Assembly (NCBI GenBank): GCA_903860135.1
Contig: CAIOPG010000016.1
Span: forward strand, 2,674 to 66,673
Length of the DNA: 64,000 bases
Source: Candidatus Omnitrophota bacterium
GTDB lineage: Bacteria; Omnitrophota; Gorgyraeia; Zapsychrales; Fredricksoniimonadaceae
Direction of reading: 5' to 3'
The notes under the pieces were generated by a model. That model made no database searches, was not told the origin of the DNA, and was given only the letters and a program-made list of their open reading frames with translations. The stretch's first letter is position 1. Each line of letters opens with the position of its first letter. Positions 1-9,282 of the stretch are shown piece after piece. The translations under genes and the position numbers were made by a program.

Positions 1-344
1 CGGCCTTTCTGCTGACCCATGACCACAACCTTTTCACCTGCAAGCGTCGCCAGACCGCCAACGATCGCTTGATCATCCGCAAAAAGCCGGTCGCCATGAA
101 GCTCAATAAAGTCTGTGGTGATCATCCGGATATAATCAAGGGTGTACGGACGCTTCGGATGGCGCGCGATCTGGACACGTTGCCATGAGGAAAGATGGCT
201 GTAGGCCTTGGCCTTGGCTATCTCGAGTTTCTGCTCCAGCTTCCGGATCTCAGGCCCCAGCTCGACGTGCTTGTCGCTCAAACGCTGAAGCTCGGCGATC
301 TTTTGCTCCATCTCGATGATCGGTTTTTCAAATTCTAATGCCAT
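1..344 (-). CDS. accA: Acetyl-CoA carboxylase carboxyltransferase alpha subunit (5' part, runs off window)
   Basis: Manual translation MALEFEKPI...WQRVQIARHPKRPYTLDYI...FIELHGDRLFADD; AGGAG RBS upstream. Confidence 0.95.
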   Translation of the reverse strand, partial: MALEFEKPIIEMEQKIAELQRLSDKHVELGPEIRKLEQKLEIAKAKAYSHLSSWQRVQIARHPKRPYTLDYIRMITTDFIELHGDRLFADDQAIVGGLATLAGEKVVVMGQQKG

Positions 345-358
345 GAGCCAACTCTCCT

Positions 359-1156
359 CTAGTCAACGATCACAACTTCTGTGCCGCGCGGAACGATCTT
401 ATAAAGCTCTTCCACATCCTCGTTGCGCATGCGTACGCACCCGGCCGTAACCTGCTGGCCGATCTTGTCCGGCTGGACCGTACCATGGATCCCGTAACTT
501 GGAATATCAAAACCCAGCCAGCGTGACCCCAGCACATTCTCCGGACTTTCAGGAGGGATCGCCGCACCCGCCTTGTACCAGACAGGATCTTCCTGCTTGG
601 TCACGATCTTGAATGTCCCCACCGGTGTTGAATTATTGGCACCGGTCGATACATTATATCCCTTCAATATCTCGTCATCGCTCTTGAGCGTTAATGTATT
701 CTGCGATTTATCCACATGGATTGCAAATTTCCCGGTCCAGATACGTAAATGCTGGCCCAAGCGCACCATATCCGAACTAAGGCCATTGGACTGCTTGACC
801 AAAGCCATGGTGACATTGTACTGCTTGCAGATTTTACCGAGTGTATCCCCCGCTACGATCGTATGAATAATGGTCTTGGGTGTCGGAATATTGGAAAAAA
901 GAACCTTCATATTCAGATCATACAGGTCCTGCTGTACCTGCTCGATATCCTTGTAATCCGGATGATCCGCAAGAATCTGCTGATAGGCCGCCTTGGCCTC
1001 GAGCATCTTGCCTTCCGTTGACAAAGACTTGGCCTGACGGTAAAGCTCTCCTCCGGCATCACCTGAAAGCCGGGGCAGCTTGTTCCCGCCCTGACCACAA
1101 CCTGCGGACATCAGCATAAATCCCATCACCACGAACACAACCAAACATTTCTTCAC
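359..1156 (-). CDS. LysM-domain L,D-transpeptidase (YkuD family), probable lipoprotein
   Basis: Lipobox-like SAGC, LysM (HTIVAGDTLGKI), YGIHGT...TAGCVRM catalytic motif; start probably GTG 1156 (ORF track 1192). Confidence 0.9.
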   Translation of the reverse strand: MKKCLVVFVVMGFMLMSAGCGQGGNKLPRLSGDAGGELYRQAKSLSTEGKMLEAKAAYQQILADHPDYKDIEQVQQDLYDLNMKVLFSNIPTPKTIIHTIVAGDTLGKICKQYNVTMALVKQSNGLSSDMVRLGQHLRIWTGKFAIHVDKSQNTLTLKSDDEILKGYNVSTGANNSTPVGTFKIVTKQEDPVWYKAGAAIPPESPENVLGSRWLGFDIPSYGIHGTVQPDKIGQQVTAGCVRMRNEDVEELYKIVPRGTEVVIVD

Positions 1157-1167
1157 AACCGCCTCCT

Positions 1168-1635
1168 TCAATAGAACAAAACAGCGAGACATACGCCGAG
1201 AATAGACCCGACAAGGACCTGGATGGGGGTATGCCCCACAAATTCCTTGATGCGGGACATTTCAACCTGTTTATGCCAATACATATCATCAATGACCTTG
1301 TTCAAAACCTCCGCCTGCTCGCCCGACTGCCGCCTGACGCCCTGGGCATCAAACATGGTAACCATGGCAAAAACAGCCGCCAGCGCGAACATGCCAGAAT
1401 TGAACCCGTATTCCATGCCACAGCTTGTCGCCAAAGCTGCCACGCCAGCCGCGTGACTGGAGGGCATCCCCCCTGTCCCGATAAACCAGCGAAAACTGAA
1501 CCGCTTACCGCGCAGGATATTGATCGCGATCTTGATCCCCTGGCCAATGATCCAGACGGAGATCGTGATAATAAATATCTTGTTGTGCACGATCTGAACA
1601 AAAATACTCGGAAGATCAAAACTGGGTATATGCAA
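1168..1635 (-). CDS. Divergent PAP2 family (DUF212) membrane protein
   Basis: GGMPSSH, MFDAQGVRR and GHTP motifs. Confidence 0.9.
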   Translation of the reverse strand: MHIPSFDLPSIFVQIVHNKIFIITISVWIIGQGIKIAINILRGKRFSFRWFIGTGGMPSSHAAGVAALATSCGMEYGFNSGMFALAAVFAMVTMFDAQGVRRQSGEQAEVLNKVIDDMYWHKQVEMSRIKEFVGHTPIQVLVGSILGVCLAVLFY

Positions 1636-1901
1636 AGGGTTTTATCCAAAAGATGCTGGTTGCTTATACGCCCGGTACACCTGATACCTGTCCGGACGAC
1701 CACAGGAGCATTATTATATTGTATAAGTTATAAAAAGCAAGGGTGTTTTCCCGCATTGTCCGGATGGGAAAAACACCGTCATTTGACCAAAACCCGGGGT
1801 TATGCTATCCTCTGGCTATCAAAACGGACCCCCGGCCGTATATTTTATCCGCTTTATCCCGCACGCACCCCCTTTTAATTCTATAAACAGGGGGTTTCTT
1901 C

Positions 1902-2984
1902 ATGCTTGCCAGATCATTCAGTTTTGGGCTCAACGGACTTGACGCTTACCCGATCACCATTGAAGTGGATGTCGCCAAAGGCTTGCCCGCGTTCACCATT
2001 GTCGGTCTGCCAGACAGTGCCATCCGCGAAAGCAAGGAACGCGTCCGCTCGGCGATCAAGAACTCGCATTTCACGTTCCCGTCAGCGAGGATAACGATCA
2101 ACCTCGCGCCTGCGGATACGCCAAAGGAAGGCCCCTGCTTCGACCTGCCCATTGCGCTGGGTCTGCTGGCGGCCACAGAACAACTGCCGGTCGCAACCTT
2201 GTCCCGTTTCGCCTCGCTCGGTGAACTTTCCCTCACCGGCAAGATCCAGTCCGTTTCAGGTTGCCTTCCGGCCGCCATCGCCTCGACCTGCCAACGCGAA
2301 GAAACCCTCGAAGGGCTGCTTGTCCCCCAGGCCAATGCCGAGGAAGCCGCCCTGGCTGAACATGCCCGGATATTCCCTTTCCGAACCCTTGAAGCAGTCG
2401 TTTGTTTTCTCCACACCCCTGAAGGCATCGGGGCGTTCACGCCCACCCATGATGCCGCAACGCTCGAGGATATCCCGGCGGGGCTCAATTTTGCGGATGT
2501 CAAAGGGCAAAGCCTGGCCAAACGGGGACTTGAAATTGCCTCTGCCGGCGGGCACAATGTCCTGATGATCGGGCCTCCGGGCAGTGGCAAGACCATGCTG
2601 GCCAGAAGATTTCCCTCGATCCTGCCACCTATGACCCGCGCGGAAGCCCTTGAGATCACCAAGATCCACTCCATCACAGGCTATGCCCGCACCGAGCGGA
2701 TGCTCATTGCCCAGCGCCCTTTCCGCACCCCGCATCACAGCGCATCGATGGTCTCTTTAGTCGGCGGTGGTTCAGATCCCAAACCCGGGGAGGTCACCCT
2801 GGCGCACAATGGCGTTCTTTTCCTGGATGAATTACCAGAATTCGGCCGCAATGCCCTCGAAGCCCTGCGGCAACCCCTGGAAGACCGGTGCGTAACCATT
2901 GCGCGTGCCTCAAAAACCCTGCGTTTCCCGTCAAAGTTCACGCTCCTGGCCGCCATGAACCCCTGCCCGTGCATCACAATCTGA
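1902..2984 (+). pseudogene. comM: comM/yifB Mg-chelatase-like AAA+ ATPase, 5' fragment interrupted by integrated element
   Basis: [32 protein letters not shown], then a stop 3 codons into foreign DNA. Confidence 0.95.
2955..2972 (+). repeat. Left attachment junction ATGAACCCCTGCCCGTGC
   Basis: 16/18 identical to 16762-16779; encodes MNPCPC. Confidence 0.9.
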
Positions 2985-2998
2985 ATACTAAATTGTTA

Positions 2999-3652
2999 TC
3001 ATAATTCCCCTAAATCAGGGAAGCTCTCAACCTTTCTAGGCAAGCTTTCTAATAAACTTGCCACTGGAGAGGGTGAAAGATAATTGTATTTCTTTAGGAG
3101 ATATATCATCTCCATTAATGGTCCTAGTAAAGTCATCCCGCAGGTCAACTTTGAACTAGTGCTTGTAATCAGTTCACCTAGCAAGTCATTAAAATATAAA
3201 ACCTTCATATCTCCAAACAAATCAATCTTGCTGAATTCGCTGTGAGATATTTCCTTTTTACTGCTAAAAATAACAGTCTTAGAAAATACATCTTTCCTTT
3301 TTATTGCATAGAATAGAGCATGCGAGTGGGGAGGCTCACCTATTGTTTCATAAGTATAATCTGGACTATTGCGCAAGTCATCCCTCTGACAACAATCTAA
3401 ATACACATGATATTGCCCACCTTGATCAATGGCTAAAAGTTGATTATCGACACCAATCAATGCAGGCTCGCGATAAAGCTCATACGGTGCATTCTCAATA
3501 ATATGCTGCTCTCTTGTAAAACTAATCCATAATTTGATTAATTCACGATATGTTGATCCAAATATATCGTCGTAATTCATTTTCTTATCAATATTAATAC
3601 TGCTAAATTTATCGTGCTGCATATATACATTTCTTCTGCTGCTAGATTTCAT
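2999..3652 (-). CDS. Hypothetical cargo protein (about 217 aa)
   Basis: AT-rich ORF; GAAAGGA RBS before ATG 3652; no recognisable motif. Confidence 0.6.
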   Translation of the reverse strand: MKSSSRRNVYMQHDKFSSINIDKKMNYDDIFGSTYRELIKLWISFTREQHIIENAPYELYREPALIGVDNQLLAIDQGGQYHVYLDCCQRDDLRNSPDYTYETIGEPPHSHALFYAIKRKDVFSKTVIFSSKKEISHSEFSKIDLFGDMKVLYFNDLLGELITSTSSKLTCGMTLLGPLMEMIYLLKKYNYLSPSPVASLLESLPRKVESFPDLGEL

Positions 3653-3665
3653 AATTTTCCTTTCG

Positions 3666-5141
3666 TTAGAGTTCATACAGCTCAATATCAATATCATCCT
3701 TAGTTGAAACATGAATCACTTTGACTAACTCGGTCAGAATCTCCCGCTGCGTTCGTGGTGTTAGCTTGAGAAAGGCTCCCTTCAAGTCCTTAACCCGGCG
3801 TAGCAAGGTTACACGCTTATCACGAGCCTTAGGATTAACATCAAGGATAAGTCGCTCCCTTAATGTCTGTAACTTCTCTAAGTCTTTGGCGATGTTATCC
3901 ATTCGCTCCACCAACAAGTCTTTAGAGATTGCTCCATCCTCAAACAGCTCGAGTAACTTCTTCTGCTTGCCCAGCATCTTGTTCAGATTTCTTTCCACTC
4001 CTTTCAACTCCTCTGCCGGTTTATCCTGCTTCAATCGTTCCAATACCTTCTCAGCATCGTGCTCATCAAAATGAAGGTTCGCATACTGCTGAATCTTTTC
4101 TAGAACGACCTTCTCCAAGTTCTGCTTATTGATAGAGACTCCTAAACATACATTTGGCCCTTTGCTTATGTGGTTATGACATCGGTAATAGCTAAAGGAT
4201 TTCCCGTTCTGCTTACTCGTACACTGACCACAAAGAGATCCGCCGCACTCAGTACACCGCATCAGACCTGATAGAAGATAAAACTCTCCTGAACGATGCT
4301 GTTTTATGTAGCGTCGTTGCTTTACTAGAGCCTGAACTCTCTCATACTGCTCCTCGGTGATAATCGGAGTGAAATCACCCTTCCTCACAGTCCATTTATC
4401 CTTAGGCAAGTAAACCTTTGAACCACCGGCTCGCTTCCCGTAGGTGTAGTACCCCATGTAAGGTGGGCTTGTCAGCACTCTTCTCACGGTTGTTGCCGCC
4501 CAAGTCTGTCCTCGCTTGGTTGTGTACGCCTTCTTATTCATCCAATGCGTCAGGCCCCTAAGCGTTCGGATTTCCTCAAACTTGGTGTACATTGCTCTTA
4601 CGACTTTAGCCTCAGCACCATTAATCACTAACCCCTTATCCTTAACGTCGTAGCCATATGGTGGCTGCCCTCCACAGAAATCACCACGATCTGCCTTGTG
4701 ATACATCGCATCTTTTACACGTTCAACTGTGATCGACCGCTCCCATTCGGCCAAACTACCCAAGATCGTCAACATCAACCTACCCGTGGGCGAAGTCGTG
4801 TCTAAATTTTCACTTAGCGATATAAAGCTAACGTCGTGCTTACTAAGAAGGTCTACGAAATCCAGCAAGTCCCTAACATTCCGCGCCACCCTGTCAAACT
4901 TGTAAACGACGACAGTCCCAACAGAACCATCCGCAATCCGTGCTAGAAGTTGGCTAAAAGCAGGCCTATTGATACTCGCGGCGGAGTAACCGTTATCAAC
5001 AAAGTGTTCTGCTCGAGTGAGGTTCTTTCTTGCTACTTCCTGCTCGAGCCACTCCTTCTGCCGAGGCACAGACAGCCCTTTATCACGTTGGATGTCTGTC
5101 GACACCCTAGAGTACAGAGCTGTGACCTTAGATGTCATCAC
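3666..5141 (-). CDS. Large serine recombinase (integrase)
   Basis: YSRVST catalytic Ser, DRVAR, recombinase domain (PPYGY), Zn ribbon CTECGG...YYRC...C, coiled coil. Confidence 0.96.
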   Translation of the reverse strand: MMTSKVTALYSRVSTDIQRDKGLSVPRQKEWLEQEVARKNLTRAEHFVDNGYSAASINRPAFSQLLARIADGSVGTVVVYKFDRVARNVRDLLDFVDLLSKHDVSFISLSENLDTTSPTGRLMLTILGSLAEWERSITVERVKDAMYHKADRGDFCGGQPPYGYDVKDKGLVINGAEAKVVRAMYTKFEEIRTLRGLTHWMNKKAYTTKRGQTWAATTVRRVLTSPPYMGYYTYGKRAGGSKVYLPKDKWTVRKGDFTPIITEEQYERVQALVKQRRYIKQHRSGEFYLLSGLMRCTECGGSLCGQCTSKQNGKSFSYYRCHNHISKGPNVCLGVSINKQNLEKVVLEKIQQYANLHFDEHDAEKVLERLKQDKPAEELKGVERNLNKMLGKQKKLLELFEDGAISKDLLVERMDNIAKDLEKLQTLRERLILDVNPKARDKRVTLLRRVKDLKGAFLKLTPRTQREILTELVKVIHVSTKDDIDIELYEL

Positions 5142-5277
5142 ACATCAAGATTGCACGTAGAATCCTCGTTCGTCTTTCACGCCGCTCACTCTCATCAACT
5201 TTGACAGAATGAACCTTAACGATAATCCCGTGAACAATCTCCCTTCCTTCAGCTCTTTCTTTAAGTTCAATAGTCAT
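5128..5277 (-). CDS. Small 49-aa protein overlapping the integrase start (not in ORF track)
   Basis: MTIELKERAEGREIVHGIIVKVHSVKVDESERRERRTRILRAILMCDDI; fills the gap between helicase and integrase. Confidence 0.6.
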   Translation of the reverse strand: MTIELKERAEGREIVHGIIVKVHSVKVDESERRERRTRILRAILMCDDI

Positions 5278-5280
5278 AAA

Positions 5281-7332
5281 TCACACCTTATCAAGATTAA
5301 CGTCAACCTCATACTGCTGCTCCGTTGTGGGATTGCCACCATCTTCATCAAAGTACTGCTCGAAGAATTTGTTACCCTTAACAGTCTTGCGACATCCTTT
5401 GGCTGTTCGCACAATGAGCCCATGCTTGAAAAGAATCTCCATGCTGGCTCTTATTGGTTTATCACCAACGCTTAATGACTTCTCAAGCGTCTCTTGCTTA
5501 ACAAATTCATGTGATAAAACAGCCTTGAGAACCTGCATCATTGTTCCTTTATAATTTTCATCAACTTTCCTCGACTTAATATCGGCAGTAATGCGTTTAT
5601 AATCATCAAGGTCTAAATTTTCATTGATGTGCATCGCTGACACATACTTATCAAATCGGCAATTGTCATGATCGTAAACTTGTTGCAACTTCTTAACTAG
5701 AAACAGGACATGACCCTGCTTAACAACAATCTTTTCATGACTCTCATCGGTTGAATGCAACAACGCTGCAAGGCCTACCGACATCCTGGCCAATTTCTCA
5801 TGAATATCAGTCAGCACTAATGGGATTGTCGGATCTTCATACTTGTTGAGCATTAGATCTGATTGGCGCAGAATCTCGTTAGTAGCCTCCTTTTCGAATA
5901 CGACATCATTAATCCCCTTCCGCCACGCCCATAAAATACTTTGCTGAAGAAGCTTAGGCGTTATGGACTGATGAACTTTCTCACGTTCCTCATCCAACAT
6001 GAGAATGACCTTTCTAGGGACATCCCCCCGTCGGACACAAATAACGACATCTAATCGCCTAATATCCGCCGGTCGCTGATAATTAATAGCTGTTATCGGG
6101 TATTGAAAGTTATCCATTGGCTCTCCACTAACAGGATTCGCCAAGAATACATACCGAACTCTACATGGATGCTCAGCTTTAACTGACTTCGTGACAATCA
6201 TTACGCCACTTGATCTTGCGCTGCTAAATTCTTCCATCTCTTCGGACTTAAACTTCTGAGCTTCGTCGACAACTACAGCTTTCTTATCATTCAATGGCCC
6301 AACGCCCCATGTAATTATTCGCTGATTGTTTATCACAGTATCGAGGCTGTAACCTAATCCTGTTCGTGATGATGCACTTCCACTTGTCATTTGGCCAATA
6401 CCAATACCCCGAACAAGTCGCTCCACTAATGTTGATTTTCCCTGTGCAGTATCGCCCATCACCATCATTTCACCCCAACCCTTAGTCTTCGCTCCGTTAA
6501 ACTTAAACTGAAGCACGGTGTGAAAAGTAATCAGCACAAATAGCAGAATATTTACGCGGCACTCACCATAAATCTTGGTGATGTTCGCAGTAACGTCTTT
6601 AAGTGTTCTATTCACTGCGATTTCTATCAACTCTGGACTATCATGGACCGCTCGAAATTTCTTAAACTCTGACTTGATGCTATCCGTTGTTTCCTGTGCA
6701 TCAATATCTGTCCTAAGTGGTTCGACTGCTTGAACAAATAAAGTTGCAGCCTGTGTCTTGGGATGTGGTACAACTACGCCGGTAAGACGAAAATGCCCGT
6801 CAGTCTTTATCAAGTTCCCAGCTAGGTAAACAATCTTCTGTCTATAGTCCCGGCCCTTCTCATCAACTAATTCGCCATTATCCCCTTCATTAATAACCTG
6901 TGCCTGAGGTACTACAACCAGTTCTTGCACGGCTGTATACGCCACAAGCCGTATCGACAATCGGCAATCTTCACTAACTTGAGCCTGTAACGACTTCTTG
7001 ATAATCCGCTCCACCTGATCAGAATCTTTTCGACAGAGCGTCAGTATCGTTGGGTCTGTCGCTTCAAATCGAATAGATGAACCTTTTCGATAGCTACAAT
7101 TGCCACACGCGGATCTGTTCTTATCAACGAACGCACACTCCACTGCAAACTGCACCGGCACTTGAAAGCTTTCCACTGCGGCAGTAATCCTTACATCAAC
7201 CTGAACTCGTTTATTGACATACTCTGACTTCTCAATATCAGTCAAATGCACAGCAACTGGTGGAATGCTTTCGTCAATTTGTATAGCTCTACTCGGATGA
7301 GTACTACATTCAACAACCCTCTTCTTAGACAT
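5281..7332 (-). CDS. MCM-like AAA+ replicative helicase
   Basis: Cys cluster in N-terminal region, Walker A GDTAQGKST, SSRTGL, GPLNDKKAVVVDE (Walker B), ANP sensor I, RRLD Arg finger, C-terminal winged-helix-like segment; start probably ATG 7332. Confidence 0.85.
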   Translation of the reverse strand: MSKKRVVECSTHPSRAIQIDESIPPVAVHLTDIEKSEYVNKRVQVDVRITAAVESFQVPVQFAVECAFVDKNRSACGNCSYRKGSSIRFEATDPTILTLCRKDSDQVERIIKKSLQAQVSEDCRLSIRLVAYTAVQELVVVPQAQVINEGDNGELVDEKGRDYRQKIVYLAGNLIKTDGHFRLTGVVVPHPKTQAATLFVQAVEPLRTDIDAQETTDSIKSEFKKFRAVHDSPELIEIAVNRTLKDVTANITKIYGECRVNILLFVLITFHTVLQFKFNGAKTKGWGEMMVMGDTAQGKSTLVERLVRGIGIGQMTSGSASSRTGLGYSLDTVINNQRIITWGVGPLNDKKAVVVDEAQKFKSEEMEEFSSARSSGVMIVTKSVKAEHPCRVRYVFLANPVSGEPMDNFQYPITAINYQRPADIRRLDVVICVRRGDVPRKVILMLDEEREKVHQSITPKLLQQSILWAWRKGINDVVFEKEATNEILRQSDLMLNKYEDPTIPLVLTDIHEKLARMSVGLAALLHSTDESHEKIVVKQGHVLFLVKKLQQVYDHDNCRFDKYVSAMHINENLDLDDYKRITADIKSRKVDENYKGTMMQVLKAVLSHEFVKQETLEKSLSVGDKPIRASMEILFKHGLIVRTAKGCRKTVKGNKFFEQYFDEDGGNPTTEQQYEVDVNLDKV

Positions 7333-7909
7333 TAGGATTTCCCTTTCTTTTCTTTGGTTTAATCCCAAATGCCAACATAATTGCTTTTGAGAATCGTTCC
7401 CTTTTTTCAGGAGTGAGATTGCTCAACTCATTCATCGGATCATTAACAAAGAAATAATAATATGTTCCCCAATAAATCAAACACTGTTTAATACAGGTCA
7501 AACATGTGGCATTCTTTACATCCATCCTTAATTCCTTCTTACATTCACTGCACATCAAACTTGACCGAATCACAAGTTGGGTTTTTACGCATTTATTACA
7601 CAGCCAGACACCTTTTTGCTGTATTAAATCTTTCCTACTAAAAAGTTTCGTCTCAGAATCCTCAAGATTGATGTTCAGTGTATTTATTCTCATAGCAACT
7701 GCTCGATTAGTTAGACAATCTGACCCACACTTAAGACACTGACAACGCTTTACATAGAGATTGCTGTTACCCTTAACTGAAAGATTACACAATTTCCCCA
7801 TAAGCGTTTGATCATCATCAATAATATGTGTGTTACTAACTTCCTTCATAAACTCAGAGTCCACAACTCTTCCCATATCACCATGTCTACTTCGTATTTC
7901 TATTACCAT
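7325..7909 (-). CDS. Cys-rich hypothetical protein
   Basis: Several CxxC pairs; overlaps helicase start; GGAGAG RBS. Confidence 0.65.
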   Translation of the reverse strand: MVIEIRSRHGDMGRVVDSEFMKEVSNTHIIDDDQTLMGKLCNLSVKGNSNLYVKRCQCLKCGSDCLTNRAVAMRINTLNINLEDSETKLFSRKDLIQQKGVWLCNKCVKTQLVIRSSLMCSECKKELRMDVKNATCLTCIKQCLIYWGTYYYFFVNDPMNELSNLTPEKRERFSKAIMLAFGIKPKKRKGNPNV

Positions 7910-7963
7910 TTCTCCTCCTAATTGTTACCGTTCTTCTATTCATTATTTCTATAAACTTAATTC

Positions 7964-8326
7964 TCAACCATGTACCATTTCGAATTGCAATGCTTTACGT
8001 TTCTTGGCATTGAAATACTCAGCAAATTCAACATTCAATCTCAATGCACGTTTCATTTGGCATACACAACCACTGCCATCACATACATCAGGTTTAAGCT
8101 GACACTCCAAACAGGCCACCTTATCCATATGCTTTACGAACTGTTCAATGCACGCCCTACATATCCAGGATCTCTTGGGGTAACCTTTAATAGATATTCC
8201 TTCCACAAGTTCTTCAATGTCATTACACAAACAACAAATATCACCAGCTCCAGCGTACTTTCGTCTCTTGCCATACAAATTAAAGAATTCATCGACTGTT
8301 ATTGGCTTTCTAACTGATTTATTCAT
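7964..8326 (-). CDS. Cys-rich putative zinc-finger protein
   Basis: CCLC...ICRAC, CLEC...C..C.C; ATGA overlap with upstream gene. Confidence 0.65.
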   Translation of the reverse strand: MNKSVRKPITVDEFFNLYGKRRKYAGAGDICCLCNDIEELVEGISIKGYPKRSWICRACIEQFVKHMDKVACLECQLKPDVCDGSGCVCQMKRALRLNVEFAEYFNAKKRKALQFEMVHG

Positions 8327-8652
8327 ATTCCCCTCTTTCCTTTGCCCACTGTTCTTATATCCATACTCATATTTAATCCGTCATCTCTTGTCAGAAGTAA
8401 GCTAACACTCGATCTAAGCCCGGCCAAAGAAGCAAACGCCTCTAATCTCTCACTAATTTCAACTATCTCTTTTGCAGCAGCACAGTCACTTCGTTGCCGT
8501 AGGTTACATTTGCCATACAACCCCTCAAAAGTTAACCTTCCACTGCTACCTGAACAATAACAATGGTCACATTTAAAACCCATTAGCGAACCTTGACCTT
8601 GCCCATCCTTAACTACTAGCCCATCTACCTTCCTGCTCATATTGCTCTTCAT
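8323..8652 (-). CDS. Hypothetical protein with Cys cluster, first gene of putative replication operon
   Basis: GAAAGGA RBS; CDHCYC...C...C. Confidence 0.6.
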   Translation of the reverse strand: MKSNMSRKVDGLVVKDGQGQGSLMGFKCDHCYCSGSSGRLTFEGLYGKCNLRQRSDCAAAKEIVEISERLEAFASLAGLRSSVSLLLTRDDGLNMSMDIRTVGKGKRGI

Positions 8653-8668
8653 ACACGTTCCTTTCTTT

Positions 8669-8685
8669 ATTCCACACTGTGGAAT
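8669..8685. promoter_or_regulatory. Palindromic operator ATTCCACA-C-TGTGGAAT
   Basis: Perfect inverted repeat upstream of gene starting at 8652; near-identical copy at 9250-9268. Confidence 0.75.
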
Positions 8686-8701
8686 GTTCGGTTAAAAAAT
8701 T

Positions 8702-9241
8702 TTACTGGGCGATCAACTCGGACATCTTGTTAAAATATTCTTTAAAATCCAACACTCTCTTGCGAAAATCAGACCATATTTCAGCCTGCTTCTTCCGAAG
8801 CTCCAAAAATTCTTTCTTAGCTTGTTTCTTGGAATTAGAGTCAAATTTATCTTTAGAGAACTCAAATTCACCTGTAGGCCCCATCATCCATGACATAAGC
8901 TGTAAATTAAGGTTAATAATATCTTCTCCCTCCTCCTCATCCAGATCGAACTCAACCTGTGCAAAATTAAATATCTTAACCTCCAGATCACAAAATTCCT
9001 TTAACTCAGATAATGGGATGTGTGCCGTACGAAGTAACAGAATCATTCTAAAGAATTCAACTTCTGCGGATGTATAACTACTCTTTGCCCCGTGCGCACC
9101 ACTTGCCCCGGTTGCCAGTTTCCTGCGAGAAGATGAACGCCGCAAATTTAAAGCATCTTCCATCTTCCAAAGCCAAGCACTGGAAACTCCAACTCTTTGG
9201 CAAACTTCTTGTCCTGTGAAATCATTATCTTCTTTTGACAT
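8702..9241 (-). CDS. MerR-like HTH transcriptional regulator
   Basis: FTGQEVCQRVGVSSAWLWKME...YTSAEVEFFRMILLLRTAHIPLSELK matches the MerR wHTH pattern; likely ATG at 9241. Confidence 0.75.
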   Translation of the reverse strand: MSKEDNDFTGQEVCQRVGVSSAWLWKMEDALNLRRSSSRRKLATGASGAHGAKSSYTSAEVEFFRMILLLRTAHIPLSELKEFCDLEVKIFNFAQVEFDLDEEEGEDIINLNLQLMSWMMGPTGEFEFSKDKFDSNSKKQAKKEFLELRKKQAEIWSDFRKRVLDFKEYFNKMSELIAQ

Positions 9242-9245
9242 GAGC

Positions 9246-9276
9246 AAAGTATTCCACACTGGGGAATAAAAGTCAA
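9246..9276 (-). promoter_or_regulatory. Sigma70-type promoter with operator in the spacer
   Basis: Minus strand TTGACT-17bp-AATACT-6bp-ATG (or a 19-bp spacer to TACTTT); contains TATTCCCCAGTGTGGAATA palindrome. Confidence 0.65.
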
Positions 9277-9282
9277 GGAAAA

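Noticed and set aside
2994-3010. TGTTATCATAATTCCCC as a sixth ACTTRYCATAA site
   Set aside because: Mismatched at the conserved 5' bases and overlaps a stop codon in AT-rich DNA; probably chance
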